Both the position numbers and the translations under genes were made by a program. Under the pieces are notes generated by a model, which saw only the letters and a program-made list of their open reading frames with translations, was not told the DNA's origin and did not search any database. 64,000 nt of DNA from Carpediemonas membranifera BICM (taxonomy: Eukaryota; Protista; Fornicata). Of the stretch, positions 11,515 to 22,226 are shown in pieces. The stretch's first letter is position 1, and each line of letters begins with the position of its first letter. The stretch lies in NCBI GenBank assembly GCA_019828565.1, contig JAHDYR010000053.1:408214-472213 (forward strand), written 5' to 3'.

Positions 11515-11755
11515 TCAGGATTTGAAGCACAAGCAGCCGCCCTTTGGTGCGAATGGGTTAGAAGAATCGCCCGGTGTGAGCAGAGGATCCTCTTTTCCGG
11601 TAATATAGGTGATGAAGCTGCGTAACGAGGAGATTTTGAACAAACACCTCAGCGGCCTCACTAACTTTCATGATTCGCTTTGAAGCCTCGCATTGGAGCT
11701 TAAGGCGCTCATTTTGTGTCAGTTGTTGCTTCAAAACTTGTTGGGAACGATCCAT
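11515..11755 (-). CDS. Heterotrimeric G-protein gamma subunit, 2 exons (intron 11645-11618)
   Basis: Removing a 28-nt GTTTGT...GCAG intron gives KVSEAAEVFITYITGKEDPLLTPGDSSNPFAPKGGCLCFKS*. This has the GGL-domain KVS, DPLL and NPF motifs and a CaaX end. Confidence 0.85.
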
Positions 11756-11864
11756 TACGTCAGTCTAATGCTATTCTGCCAAACATAGACGATAAAACTG
11801 CACTGGCCGAAGTCGGCTGAATGAGTGGAGGAACGTAGTTCAGACCCGGAGTCCATTTACTGGC

Positions 11865-12833
11865 TTACTTGCCCATGGCGGGGTTGAGCTTCTTGCCGAA
11901 GGCGCGGTTCTTGAGGCCGTTGCGCTTGATCTGGAAGTACTTCTTGGTGCGGATGGGGGCGCGGAGAGCAGCCTTGACGGCGTCGTTCTCGAGAACGTTC
12001 TTGAGCTCAGTCTCGGTGGAGATGGCGCGGTGCATCTTGGCGGCGTAGATCTCGTCGAGCTTGGCGATGGCACCCTCAGTCCAGATGACGAAGCGGCCCA
12101 TGTGGCCACCGGGGGCGAGGTCGAGGAGGTTGAGGGCATCAACCTTGGCGACAGTCACGCCAGCGATGTTGCGGAAGGAGCGGGCGATGCCGTTGTCCTC
12201 AGCGTAGACAACCATGGGGCCCTTGCGCTGCTTGTAGCGGCGGTTGCGCCACTTGCCGTGGCCAGCGCGGGTCTTCTTGGTGTCCTTGACCTTCTCGCAG
12301 TCAGCGTAGGCGCCGACCATCTCGAGGGCCTTGATGGCATCCTTGGTGCGGGTGATGGACTCAACGGAGTTGTCGAGGATCAGAGGAACCTGGGGAACGT
12401 TCTCAACAAGGTGGCCGCGGCCAAGAAGGAAAGAGGGGTTGGCGGTGGCAGCGATAGCGGAGGTGACAGCGTAGCGCTTGACGGGAAGGTTCACCTTGCG
12501 GTAAAGGCGGCGGGTGACGCGAACGGGGGAGAACATACGGCCACCACGGCACATGTTGCCGCCGTGAGCCTGGCCGGAGCGAGCGGTACCAGAGCCAGAG
12601 ACACGGGGAACACGGGCAAGAGCGCGGCCAACACCCCAGGAGTGGGAGGTGGTGTCGAGAGAAGCGTACTTGAAGCGGCCGTAAGCCTGACGGTGGTTCT
12701 TGTTCAGCTGAGTGTGAGCAAACTGGATGATGTCAGCTCTGACGGGGGCGCTGAAAACAGCAGGAGTATCAACCTCCTTGGTGGCCTTCTTCTCGGCATC
12801 TATGGCGTAAACGGACAGCTTAGCGACGTGCAT
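11865..12833 (-). CDS. RPL4: 60S ribosomal protein L4 (uL4)
   Basis: SWGVGRALARVPRVSGSGT, GNMCRGGRMF, LAPGGHMGRFVIWT, strong codon bias. Confidence 0.97.
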   Translation of the reverse strand: MHVAKLSVYAIDAEKKATKEVDTPAVFSAPVRADIIQFAHTQLNKNHRQAYGRFKYASLDTTSHSWGVGRALARVPRVSGSGTARSGQAHGGNMCRGGRMFSPVRVTRRLYRKVNLPVKRYAVTSAIAATANPSFLLGRGHLVENVPQVPLILDNSVESITRTKDAIKALEMVGAYADCEKVKDTKKTRAGHGKWRNRRYKQRKGPMVVYAEDNGIARSFRNIAGVTVAKVDALNLLDLAPGGHMGRFVIWTEGAIAKLDEIYAAKMHRAISTETELKNVLENDAVKAALRAPIRTKKYFQIKRNGLKNRAFGKKLNPAMGK

Positions 12834-13054
12834 TGCTCCTGTACTACTTCTAGTTTTTTTTTCTTGCAAGAAAAAAATGAGCATCCGCGACAGTGAGTGG
12901 TGTCCATCAGTGGTGGCTGGATGGGTTGTAGCCCTTCTACACTGCCTCTAGACATCGTCAATTTCTTGTTTATAACGACCCAAAAGACCCGTGGAAAAAA
13001 CTCTCTGCCCATCAAGCTATATAAACAATGACGACGACAAAAGGACATCACGAC

Positions 13055-13648
13055 CTAACCCACGATGGGTCCTACAGTCCAGCTGAGTCCAGGGAAACAT
13101 GCTAGTAACTCCAACGCGAGTCGGCATACTCTAAGTGACGCGAATCGGAACCAGATCAGCGCCATAACCGCCCCAATAGCCACCCCGCCGTAGACCTGAG
13201 TCTCGCTATGTACTCCAAGGGCAAGCCGGGACAGCGGCGTGGCGACACAAAGTGCGACAACCAGCACGGCTCCGAGCCGATGGACCCAGGTGAGTCGACG
13301 CCACGGAATGTGTGCGAGAGTGATCAGGAGAAAGACGGCGGAGTACCCGCACCACTGGGAGTGTGAGGAGGGGAAGCCAAAGTCGGTCTTGGCCGAGCCT
13401 GGGGGGCGGGCATCTTGGAAGTGGTGCTTCAAGATGTGGTTCACTAGTTCGTTGAAGAGCTGGCCACTGCCGAAAACGCAGATCCAAAGCTCGCCGGTGG
13501 AGAAAAAGGCGACTAGGAGGCCAACACCAATGACAAACGGCCAAAAAGTCAAAAGAGCTGCAAAGTAGGACATAATACTGGTTGAATCGTACACTACATA
13601 CGCAAACTCGAGTGGTACCGAGTTGCTGATGACAGAGCTCTGATCCAT
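13055..13648 (-). CDS. Dolichyldiphosphatase (PAP2 family, DOLPP1/Cwh8-like)
   Basis: PAP2 motifs KxxxxxxRP, PSSH, SRxxLGVH and an N-terminal YVVYD. Start uncertain (ORF open to 13801). Confidence 0.8.
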   Translation of the reverse strand: MDQSSVISNSVPLEFAYVVYDSTSIMSYFAALLTFWPFVIGVGLLVAFFSTGELWICVFGSGQLFNELVNHILKHHFQDARPPGSAKTDFGFPSSHSQWCGYSAVFLLITLAHIPWRRLTWVHRLGAVLVVALCVATPLSRLALGVHSETQVYGGVAIGAVMALIWFRFASLRVCRLALELLACFPGLSWTVGPIVG

Positions 13649-13911
13649 GACAACACTAGGATCCAATCCGTCATTTGATGGGCATGGAGTGCGCGATAAG
13701 GTGTTTGCCACCTCATGCTGGTGTCCAGTGGTCAGTGGCCATGCAGTTGGGGCTTGGTGGGGTGTAGTGAACTGGCGGGGTGACTCCGCGGCTTCATTCA
13801 TTCGACAATCCCCTCGACCACGCGAAAGAAAGGTTTACTGATAACAATACAAGGGGCCGGACCACCTTATACACCCATCCCTAGCAATAAAGTACAAAGC
13901 CAACATAACAA

Positions 13912-15288
13912 TCACCGCCCCGGCCCGCGAGTTCCACTGGCAATCCTGCTAATGAACTGAGGACACTCAATCGTCTTGGGGCGGAACGAACAGTTCTCCA
14001 GCTCCTTCTCAAGCTCCGCGGCACGGGCCTTCTTCAACCGCCGTTCCCTGCGTCGCACGTCGCACTGCGTCCGCTCAATGATGGAAACATGGTCGCCGGC
14101 GGGCCGCTGGGACTGGAGAATTGGCTTGAATGTGACGCCATCAAGCTGCTTGCGCTCTTGCACCACCCGTGCCCGCTCTCTCGCCAGCTGGGCACGTTCC
14201 TGGTCGCCATAGCACAGCTCCTCCGCAGTTTTCGCCCTCATACGCCTACTACGGGCGTTAATCCTCGGCGCCGTGTTCTCCACTGGCGTGCGCTGAGCCC
14301 GCTCCATCCTTTGATGCCGCCTTTCCAAATTCCCCTTCGCCCGCTCGGCTTGGGAGGACTTCGGCGTGATGGCCTGGCTGTGCACGTTAGTCTCGGGCTC
14401 AAAGCTGTACTGGTGGAGGCGCCGGTCTAGCGCCTTGATTTTCGCAGTCTGGCGCTGTGTTGCTTGCCGTTGCCGGGTGATGAATGCGTCAAAAGCGCGG
14501 TCCGCAGCTGCAGATCTGGGTCTAGATTTGGACCTTGTCACACTTAGTTCTGAGTCAATCACAGCAGACTTGGGCCTTATCCTCGACAATCTCTCGTGCA
14601 CCGGCTCAGCGAGATACAGGTCAAGTGTATCTCCCCTCATTTGTTTCGACACGAGCCCGGGTTCGAATGTGCACTCTAGGTCACTCGGCATGGGTGACCT
14701 TGTATCCTGGGTCTGCGCGTACCTTGGGGCGACCGTGCTGTTGTCAGTGATGAGGGTTGGGTTGAACGGATGGCTCGACTCAAACTCCGCCTCTGTCTCG
14801 GCCTCTATGCGCTCATATGCTTGTCTGCGGCGTTCCTGGCTGCCATTGAAGAGTCGGTTGACCACATCAGCGGACTTGACGATCACTGTCTTCGGTGTCG
14901 CGCCAATGGTCGGCGCGAAAGAACACTCGGCAGTTTCTGCGCTCATGTATTCTTCCCGCTTCTTCTCGCGCTCCTTGTCCTTCTGAGCCTTCCACTTCAC
15001 GGCCCGGTCGTAGACGCCAGTGTCTGCATGCCGCTTGGGGATCGATTGAGAAGAGGAGTGCGCGTCGAGCGTGTCTTCGGGTTCTAGGACGTCTATAGGC
15101 TCTAGATCACTGAGCTGGAGTGATCTTAAGGTTCGTGGGCCTCTGGTCTTTTGGGGAGCACGTTGTTGACTGTATTTTGGCTCATCGTTTGGATATTGAA
15201 GCATTGAATGCGACTGAATGCTAGCTATTGATTCATCTAAAAAGATCTGACGAGCTTTCAGCTCCTTAAAGATGCTACTGTGCACCAT
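13912..15288 (-). CDS. Coiled-coil protein with (C/T)xFxP repeats
   Basis: Repeats ECSFAPTI, ECTFEP, YSFEP, VTFKPI, NCSFRP, shared with the ORFs at 28.1 and 42.1 kb. Confidence 0.7.
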   Translation of the reverse strand: MVHSSIFKELKARQIFLDESIASIQSHSMLQYPNDEPKYSQQRAPQKTRGPRTLRSLQLSDLEPIDVLEPEDTLDAHSSSQSIPKRHADTGVYDRAVKWKAQKDKEREKKREEYMSAETAECSFAPTIGATPKTVIVKSADVVNRLFNGSQERRRQAYERIEAETEAEFESSHPFNPTLITDNSTVAPRYAQTQDTRSPMPSDLECTFEPGLVSKQMRGDTLDLYLAEPVHERLSRIRPKSAVIDSELSVTRSKSRPRSAAADRAFDAFITRQRQATQRQTAKIKALDRRLHQYSFEPETNVHSQAITPKSSQAERAKGNLERRHQRMERAQRTPVENTAPRINARSRRMRAKTAEELCYGDQERAQLARERARVVQERKQLDGVTFKPILQSQRPAGDHVSIIERTQCDVRRRERRLKKARAAELEKELENCSFRPKTIECPQFISRIASGTRGPGR

Positions 15289-15497
15289 TCCCCTTTGATG
15301 GTGATCATATCGTCCAAAATTTCAACTCGGATTCGAGTTATCCAAGCCCATAGCGGCAGGATGAAGCACGTCTGCCTGCTGGTACACGGGTCTTATAGCC
15401 ACTGATGTTCTGAAATTTTTCCAAGTTTGAGCCTGGCTGCTGCAATAGAAAGCAAGAATAGAAAGCAATGATAATACTGCCACGCGAGGTTTATACC

Positions 15498-16256
15498 TTA
15501 AGCATCGATGCTGGAAGGGGCAACCTTCTCGACCTTCTTGCCGGCGTCGACCTTCTTGTCGGTGTGGATGTCGGTGATGAGGTTGAGGTTGACCTTGGGG
15601 GCACGGACGAGCTTCACGCGGGTGACGTAGCAGTTCTGGAGGGGGAAGATGGCGGAGCAGGACTTCTCGATGTCCTTGGAGATAGACTCCTGCATGACCT
15701 TCTCGAAGAACTTGCTGATGGTGCAATCGCGGCACTCCTTCTCGAGAACCTCGGTCATCTTGCGGCGGATCTGCTTGACCTGGGCGGTCTGGGCGTAGCA
15801 GTTGCGCTTGGCCTGGCCGTACTTCTTCTTGGTGAAAGCGACGGAGAAGACACGGAAAACGTAGCCCTCGACGGTGCGGATGTCGATGGAGTTCTCAACC
15901 ATGGTCTGCCACTTGCGGACAAGGGAGTACTTCTTCTCAGAGGTCATCTCCATGCCGTGGAAGTTGGTGAGGACGTCGTCGCCGCGAACATCGTCGCAGC
16001 GGAGGAGCATCTTGCGGAAGCCGACTTCCTCGTCGTTCTGGAGATCAGCGAGGTTGATCTCGAAAACGCGGCCCTTAAGGGAGTCAGAAGCAATACGAGT
16101 GCCCTGGGTGCGGTTCACGCAAGTGACGCCAGCGTCGCGGTCCGTAAAGACAGCGGGAGCGCGGATGTTGTACCACTCCTTCTTTGCAAAAGCATCAACA
16201 GCCTTACGGCCTGCCTTTTTGCCCTTCTTGCCCTTAGCCTTACCGAAACCAGCCAT
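15498..16256 (-). CDS. RPS3A: 40S ribosomal protein S3a (eS1)
   Basis: DAFAKKEWY, LKGRVFEINLADLQ, LTNFHGM, SLVRKWQT, IFPLQN. Confidence 0.97.
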   Translation of the reverse strand: MAGFGKAKGKKGKKAGRKAVDAFAKKEWYNIRAPAVFTDRDAGVTCVNRTQGTRIASDSLKGRVFEINLADLQNDEEVGFRKMLLRCDDVRGDDVLTNFHGMEMTSEKKYSLVRKWQTMVENSIDIRTVEGYVFRVFSVAFTKKKYGQAKRNCYAQTAQVKQIRRKMTEVLEKECRDCTISKFFEKVMQESISKDIEKSCSAIFPLQNCYVTRVKLVRAPKVNLNLITDIHTDKKVDAGKKVEKVAPSSIDA

Positions 16257-17210
16257 GTTCACGGTGCCACCAATAGAATTATACATGTTACATGGCGGCA
16301 AATGTATAATCAGTCAAAATGGCTTGTGGCGTCTTCTGCGCCAGTTTCTGACTAATCTTTCTGTGGAGAGGAGAAGAAGAGAAGAATTGGCGACAAACAA
16401 TTCATAAACGCTCTTCTATTCTTCTCGGTGCGTTTAATACCTCAAGAAACAGCCTCACCCGCCTCAATAGGCATCCGTCAATTCCCATCAACCCGACACA
16501 AAAACACCATGTAGAATTAGAAGTCTCCTGTGTGGTGTGACATGAAATGGGCACGAATCTGGATGGGCTGTGGTAGTCGCGTGGTCGCGCTTGCCGATTC
16601 TCTGGTCGACTGTGCTCTATAGTGCTCTGGCGCGGCCCATTCAATCGCTTTCGGAAATATCAGACATGTCGTTGGGATCAATAAAGGCGTTCTCGGAAAT
16701 AAAGTATCCATTTCGTTCATCCATTGAGTATTTGGACATGATAGAATCGATAAACGCCGCTGCAGAGACGTTCTCGTCCGTTTGTTCAACTACAGGAAAA
16801 TCTGAGTGTTCCTCGCCCTCCTTTCCAAACGTAGGGTTGTGAAACAACGTTGCAGAGATGATTGAATTCAGCGTATCGCTGAAGAACGTCTTCTCGAGCA
16901 GATCCATAAACCAGTTCCGATGGCCGTGACATAAAATGCGAAATGGCCCAGGACGCCTTCTGCGCCAAGCAACTAGCTTCCCACCTATCGTCTACCACAT
17001 CTTACTTCCATCCGCTCTCTTCTGCTTGTCGGATTTCGGGGTCTTGATCATGACGTCTTTGCAATCACCACCATGGCCTTCCATCGCACAGCGGGCTCTT
17101 CTATGCCGCTGCCTGAAGATAAAACACTTCAGTTCTTCTAATTCTCGCCATTATCACTGCATAGTCTCGTTCATTAAACGTCTGTCGTCTTTGATGTGTG
17201 TTGTTAACAA

Positions 17211-18461
17211 GTGATCGGTTCATTCACCGCAAAACGCCCTGTCATCTACTCCATCGACACTACGGAGTCCTGGGTGGCCGTCAATGACACCGCGCGGTTC
17301 ATGCACGTTCCCTGTTCTCTCAACGTGCTGAACCCGGCTTGGCTTGCCCAACTTGGGGTCGACCCGGAGCATCACGCCACTGAGCGCATGACGCGAGAGC
17401 AGCTGGAGGCTCTTCCTCCGAACATCCGTCGGGTGCTGTCTGTCAAGACAGATGGGGTCGCCGTGGACCTCACGGTCCAAGTTGGTGCTCTGCCATACGT
17501 CAGCAGACGTGCCAGTGGCAACCCGACGATGAAGCGAAAGGTTCGGGAGCGTCTGGGTGTGGATGACGCAGATGCTCGCCCCGCGCCAGACCCCGATGCC
17601 CACCTCATGGGTTTCGACCCGGGTGCTCGGGCTCTGGGTGGATTCTTCATCCGTCACCCAGATGGCACTACCAGCTCCGGTGTGGTCCCGAAGTGTGGGT
17701 ACACCAAGACCCCCAGCTTCGTGTTCGATATGACTCCTGCGTCATTCAAAAGTACAAATCTAGATAGTCTACAAAACTCGGTTAGGTTTGTGCTCCTCCA
17801 CGAGCAGGAAATATTCGACGCTGGGATGGTCAAGAGCTTCCGCAGAGTGCGCCTGACGAACCACATCTTGCGTCAAAAGCACTTCCACAGAGCTGCGGAG
17901 CAGATTGCTCGCACCCTAGGATGGACTCCTCGGCGACTCCCTCGCGGTATTGCCCCTCCCCGGGCAGCCCCCACCAGGCTGGTTGTCTTCTACGGAAGCG
18001 CTAGATTCAAGACGCCCCGTCGGGTGCATCCATGCGCGCCGTATGGTCGCTTTGCTACCTTACTACCACGCATCATGAGAGCTTTCAACATCACTGCTGA
18101 AGTGCGGATGACTAACGAGTTCCGAACCTCACTCGTCTGCCCCTTCTGCCGCGCGAGGTTCCGTAGAACTCGCTACACGAGGCACACGATGCGATGCCAC
18201 AACCCGAATTGTCAAGGTGCTCCATGGTACAGACAGCAACGCCTCAATTCCGATCCTACTACCACCACTTGGCTCAATCTCTCCCATAGAGACAAGACTG
18301 CTGCACATAACATCGTGGATTGCGGCCTCATGACGGATGCACAGTATCAAGCCAGTGCTTTCAGAAATCCAAGACCTCCAGCCCGTCTTCCCAACTATAG
18401 CCCCAATACACCAATTACGGCTAACCAGCCGCTAGTCTTCGCCTCCGGGCAAGCTAATTGA
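17211..18461 (+). CDS. Fanzor (TnpB-family RNA-guided RuvC nuclease), Fanzor1-like. N-terminus possibly truncated or spliced.
   Basis: VKTDGV, RuvC-I MGFDPG, VVFYG, RuvC-II TNEFRTS, Zn ribbon CPFC...CHNPNC, RuvC-III HRDKTAAHNI. The ORF has no ATG at its start and is bounded by TAA at 17205. Confidence 0.88.
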   Translation: MIGSFTAKRPVIYSIDTTESWVAVNDTARFMHVPCSLNVLNPAWLAQLGVDPEHHATERMTREQLEALPPNIRRVLSVKTDGVAVDLTVQVGALPYVSRRASGNPTMKRKVRERLGVDDADARPAPDPDAHLMGFDPGARALGGFFIRHPDGTTSSGVVPKCGYTKTPSFVFDMTPASFKSTNLDSLQNSVRFVLLHEQEIFDAGMVKSFRRVRLTNHILRQKHFHRAAEQIARTLGWTPRRLPRGIAPPRAAPTRLVVFYGSARFKTPRRVHPCAPYGRFATLLPRIMRAFNITAEVRMTNEFRTSLVCPFCRARFRRTRYTRHTMRCHNPNCQGAPWYRQQRLNSDPTTTTWLNLSHRDKTAAHNIVDCGLMTDAQYQASAFRNPRPPARLPNYSPNTPITANQPLVFASGQAN

Positions 18462-18507
18462 AGTGGAGAGACGCAGTGCTTGCACTGTGCACTCTATGAT
18501 ACTTCAC
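18384..18507 (+). ncRNA. Putative Fanzor omega-RNA (scaffold ~18384-18476 plus candidate guide 18477-18507)
   Basis: Overlaps the ORF 3' end. Stems: CGTCTTCCCA/TGGAGAGACG, CAATTA/TAATTG, CGGCT-AACC-AGCCG, GCC-UCCG-GGC. Similar structure in the second Fanzor locus. Confidence 0.65.
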
Positions 18508-18582
18508 CCAGGACGCCAACCCAGCCCGACATCATCATCATCTCCCGGCTCCGCAAGCTTTACTATATGTCACACACTCCCT

Positions 18583-19281
18583 TCAGTGGGGCGCGGTCAA
18601 CACCGACCCGATCACCGGCGGCACGACAAACTGTCCCGGCACCGGGCCTGGGTCCTTATCCTGCACGTGGACAGCATCCGTGACAGTGAGACACGCGTGC
18701 TGCTGCTGGAATATGTCCCCGATCCCGGTCTGGATCACCCTGAGATACGCCAAGGTCCTGGCGTAAGCGGCACTCATCGGCTCGTCCACCTCCTTGGCCT
18801 TTGCCAGCTGATAGACCTGATGTTCTTTGCGAGAGAGGGCGTTGAGGCGCTGCTGGAGAGGATCGGAGGAGTGCTCGTCGATGTGGCCGATGGGCTCGGG
18901 GATCTGCGCCATCATCGCGGCCCTACCCATGCTGTTGTGTGTGAAGGTGTCGCCGTAGCCGTTCTCCATCCTCGCGCGCTTGGCGGCGGGCATAACGGCC
19001 ATACGGAGCTCGCACTTGCGGGCATGTGTTAGCAATTGCTGGTGTGACGTGCCGGGAGAGAAGTAGCGGCCGCATCTCCGGCATTCCTTCACGTGATCGG
19101 CTACCTTTTTGTCCCCGTCGCGGTCCCAGATGCGATCTAGCCGGTGTACCGTCTCTGGCTTCATTTTGCCAAGGAATCCACCGGTTTCTCGCTTATCCGG
19201 CCAGGAATGTAACACAAAACTCTCTCGTACGCTCTCCATTGCTTCTACTAGGCTATGTTCGCCGTTCGGCGCCTTGTGCAC
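18583..19281 (-). CDS. Hypothetical protein with BED-like Zn finger
   Basis: W...ECRRCGRYF....GTS..LLTHARKC. Start uncertain. Confidence 0.45.
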   Translation of the reverse strand: MHKAPNGEHSLVEAMESVRESFVLHSWPDKRETGGFLGKMKPETVHRLDRIWDRDGDKKVADHVKECRRCGRYFSPGTSHQQLLTHARKCELRMAVMPAAKRARMENGYGDTFTHNSMGRAAMMAQIPEPIGHIDEHSSDPLQQRLNALSRKEHQVYQLAKAKEVDEPMSAAYARTLAYLRVIQTGIGDIFQQQHACLTVTDAVHVQDKDPGPVPGQFVVPPVIGSVLTAPH

Positions 19282-19502
19282 AGTGCAGGTTTAGCCATCT
19301 TTCAGCGGAAGCAGCCTACGGAACACGGGTGTACGAAGCAATATGGAGCAGGTGAGCAAGGCATAAACAGGTACACGTTCCTTTAGTCCATTCATCGTGG
19401 GCAAACGAGACCAGGCTCAGAATTCGACCAAACCTCGCTCCACAAAACCATGCGCCACTTAACCAGCAAACCAATGCAAGACTATCCCGCAGCCCACGTC
19501 CA

Positions 19503-20123
<621 letters not shown>

Positions 20124-20417
20124 TCAACTACTATGGTATGGTAACGTTGTTCGGTCTATCGCCCAGCCCGGCCTGGATTCCGTGAGGACGATAACTGCCT
20201 CACGATCTTCCCGGTTCGGTTCACAGAGAGGATCAGTGAGATCCATTGTGACCGGCTGCCGTGTGAGCGATCGAGGACCATACTAAGTGAGTCAAAGCCA
20301 CAGGCATGGATGGCAAATGGATGTGATGTGTGCCCTCCGAGCTTGACAGCTGGAATCCGTGGTCGGCGAGTCGTCACAGTCAGAATCTGGCAGCCGCCGA
20401 ACCGAGCGCTGGGAGCG

Positions 20418-22019
20418 ATGAGCTGTGCCGATACCTCGCCATCAGGCATCAGAGATGCGCTTATCTCCGCCTTCCGCTCCTCGCTTACCGCAACGGCCTC
20501 CGTCTCGGGTGACATCCCCTCGTTGCTCCAGCACGCCTACTCCAGGCACTTCAACGCGCAAATGCCATCGATTCACGATATAGAGACCACTTCTGTGACG
20601 ATCAGCGCCGCGTCCCTCGAATCCCTCCTCACCATGCTCTCGGAGATCCCCCCTCTCGCACCAACCGCGCAAGTCTTCCTCGACCGTGCCCGCTCGATCC
20701 TCACCAGCGGTCCTCCGCTGTCCATGAACGTCGAGCTCGCGGATGGCGAGGAGCTGCCAGTCGCCCTGCACACGCTGAACCAGGGCGCGGTGTGGGCGTG
20801 TCTCATGGGTGGTGGGGCCAACCCCGACCTCGAGGACAGGGTGCTGAAGGAGGCTCGAGAGAAGCAGTTATATAATACAGAGCTCCACGACAAGATCTGC
20901 AACGCTTTCATCCCCGAGGCCAAGTGCCTCTGGTTCCTCTGCCGCAAGTTCTTCTTCACGCTGAACGTCGCAGAGAAGGACGGCGAGAGCTACATCTATA
21001 AGTACCTTTTCTACCACCACCGCATGTACATGGGCCGCCTCTTCATGCTCGACACCGACAAACAACCCGCCCTCACGAGAGCTTGGATGCCCAGGGCCCT
21101 CGAGGTCTACAGCAGCGGGTTCACCCACATCGCCAGGACGCCCAAGGGCCTGTGGGGCTGGGGGGATAACCGTTCGAATCAACTTGGATTCGAGTCAGCG
21201 GCCGGCGGTGTCGACCCAACCCGCCTCACCTTCGCCGCCTGCCCCAAGGTCGCCGAGCTCGAGGCCAGCCTGCCCCCCTGGGAGAAGCACAGGATGGTGA
21301 CTCATTTGTCGATGAAGGAAGATCAGACGTTTATACTCACCCCAGTCGGCACTGTCATGAGTGGCCAAAGGGCAGAATGGTTCAGGGGACATGTCGCCGA
21401 GAACAGGAGAGGTCTATTCCACCCAGTCGTTGTGCCTGCTGGGTTTGTCCCAGATCACATCATTCATGGGCTTGGCGTTATTATCCTCTCCATGGGCGAT
21501 CGACAGGTGATCAGCGGGAGAAACGATTTTGGCCAGCTGGGAATCGGGCACGAAAATGACACGGCCGGTTTCGTTGACATTCCCTTCAGGGTCGACCGGA
21601 TCGTGACGCATTACTTCTTCAACATTGTTCACTGCGGCCGCCAGCTGCTGTTCGCTGGTGGAGTTCGCCGTCACATTGCCCAGTCGGGTCTGCTGCCTGG
21701 TTACCGCCAGAATGACCGCTGCCTCACACCCTCCCCGCTCCGGTTCCCAGAGAGCGTCGAAGGGTTCTTTTGTGACGATTATGAGATGGTCTGGGTGGCC
21801 GAGGGTGACACCCACTACTGTAATGAGAATAAGACTCTTACGATCGCCCAGATTGAAGCAACAGCGCTCCGTGTCCCCAGAATCTTCCGCGACTCTGCCG
21901 GCCAGTGGTTCATGGCGGTGGGTGAGTCAGGGGTGGCCAAGATGGTCGAGTGCGAGCCACCCAGTTGGTGGCATGACATCATGCCCGTCGACGTCGACAC
22001 GTGGACCCAACCTTCATGA
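20418..22019 (+). CDS. Lineage-specific RCC1/BLIP-II-like repeat family protein, copy A
   Basis: GLWGWGDNRSNQLG and SGRNDFGQLGIGH RCC1-like motifs. Paralogous to 22227-23729 and 29516-31750. Confidence 0.75.
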   Translation: MSCADTSPSGIRDALISAFRSSLTATASVSGDIPSLLQHAYSRHFNAQMPSIHDIETTSVTISAASLESLLTMLSEIPPLAPTAQVFLDRARSILTSGPPLSMNVELADGEELPVALHTLNQGAVWACLMGGGANPDLEDRVLKEAREKQLYNTELHDKICNAFIPEAKCLWFLCRKFFFTLNVAEKDGESYIYKYLFYHHRMYMGRLFMLDTDKQPALTRAWMPRALEVYSSGFTHIARTPKGLWGWGDNRSNQLGFESAAGGVDPTRLTFAACPKVAELEASLPPWEKHRMVTHLSMKEDQTFILTPVGTVMSGQRAEWFRGHVAENRRGLFHPVVVPAGFVPDHIIHGLGVIILSMGDRQVISGRNDFGQLGIGHENDTAGFVDIPFRVDRIVTHYFFNIVHCGRQLLFAGGVRRHIAQSGLLPGYRQNDRCLTPSPLRFPESVEGFFCDDYEMVWVAEGDTHYCNENKTLTIAQIEATALRVPRIFRDSAGQWFMAVGESGVAKMVECEPPSWWHDIMPVDVDTWTQPS

Positions 22020-22226
22020 TACTGTTTTGAAAACACCCACTTTCTTATTGACTTTAGCTCCCCTATCCTTGGCAGAGTCGTCGACCTCCCATCCCCTCAT
22101 CACATCACGGCTGAGTGTTCCCAGCTGATGTCTGCCCAGATGTCTGCCCAGGCCCTATTGATAACACCAACAGGATCTCGAGCTGTCTGGCTCAGTCTAG
22201 ATGGGCCCTGTTCGGCCGACTAAGGA

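Noticed and set aside
6985-16355. Long antisense ORFs over STT3, RPL4 and RPS3A (e.g. 6985-7938, 12030-12896, 15468-16355)
   Set aside because: Shadow ORFs caused by strong C/G-ending codon bias, with no protein motifs
16402-17210. Transposase or left end belonging to the Fanzor element; TAA-as-sense readthrough of the Fanzor N-terminus
   Set aside because: Only short ORFs without recognisable motifs and no clear TIR. Host genes such as RPL4 and RPS3A end in TAA, so there is no support for stop reassignment.
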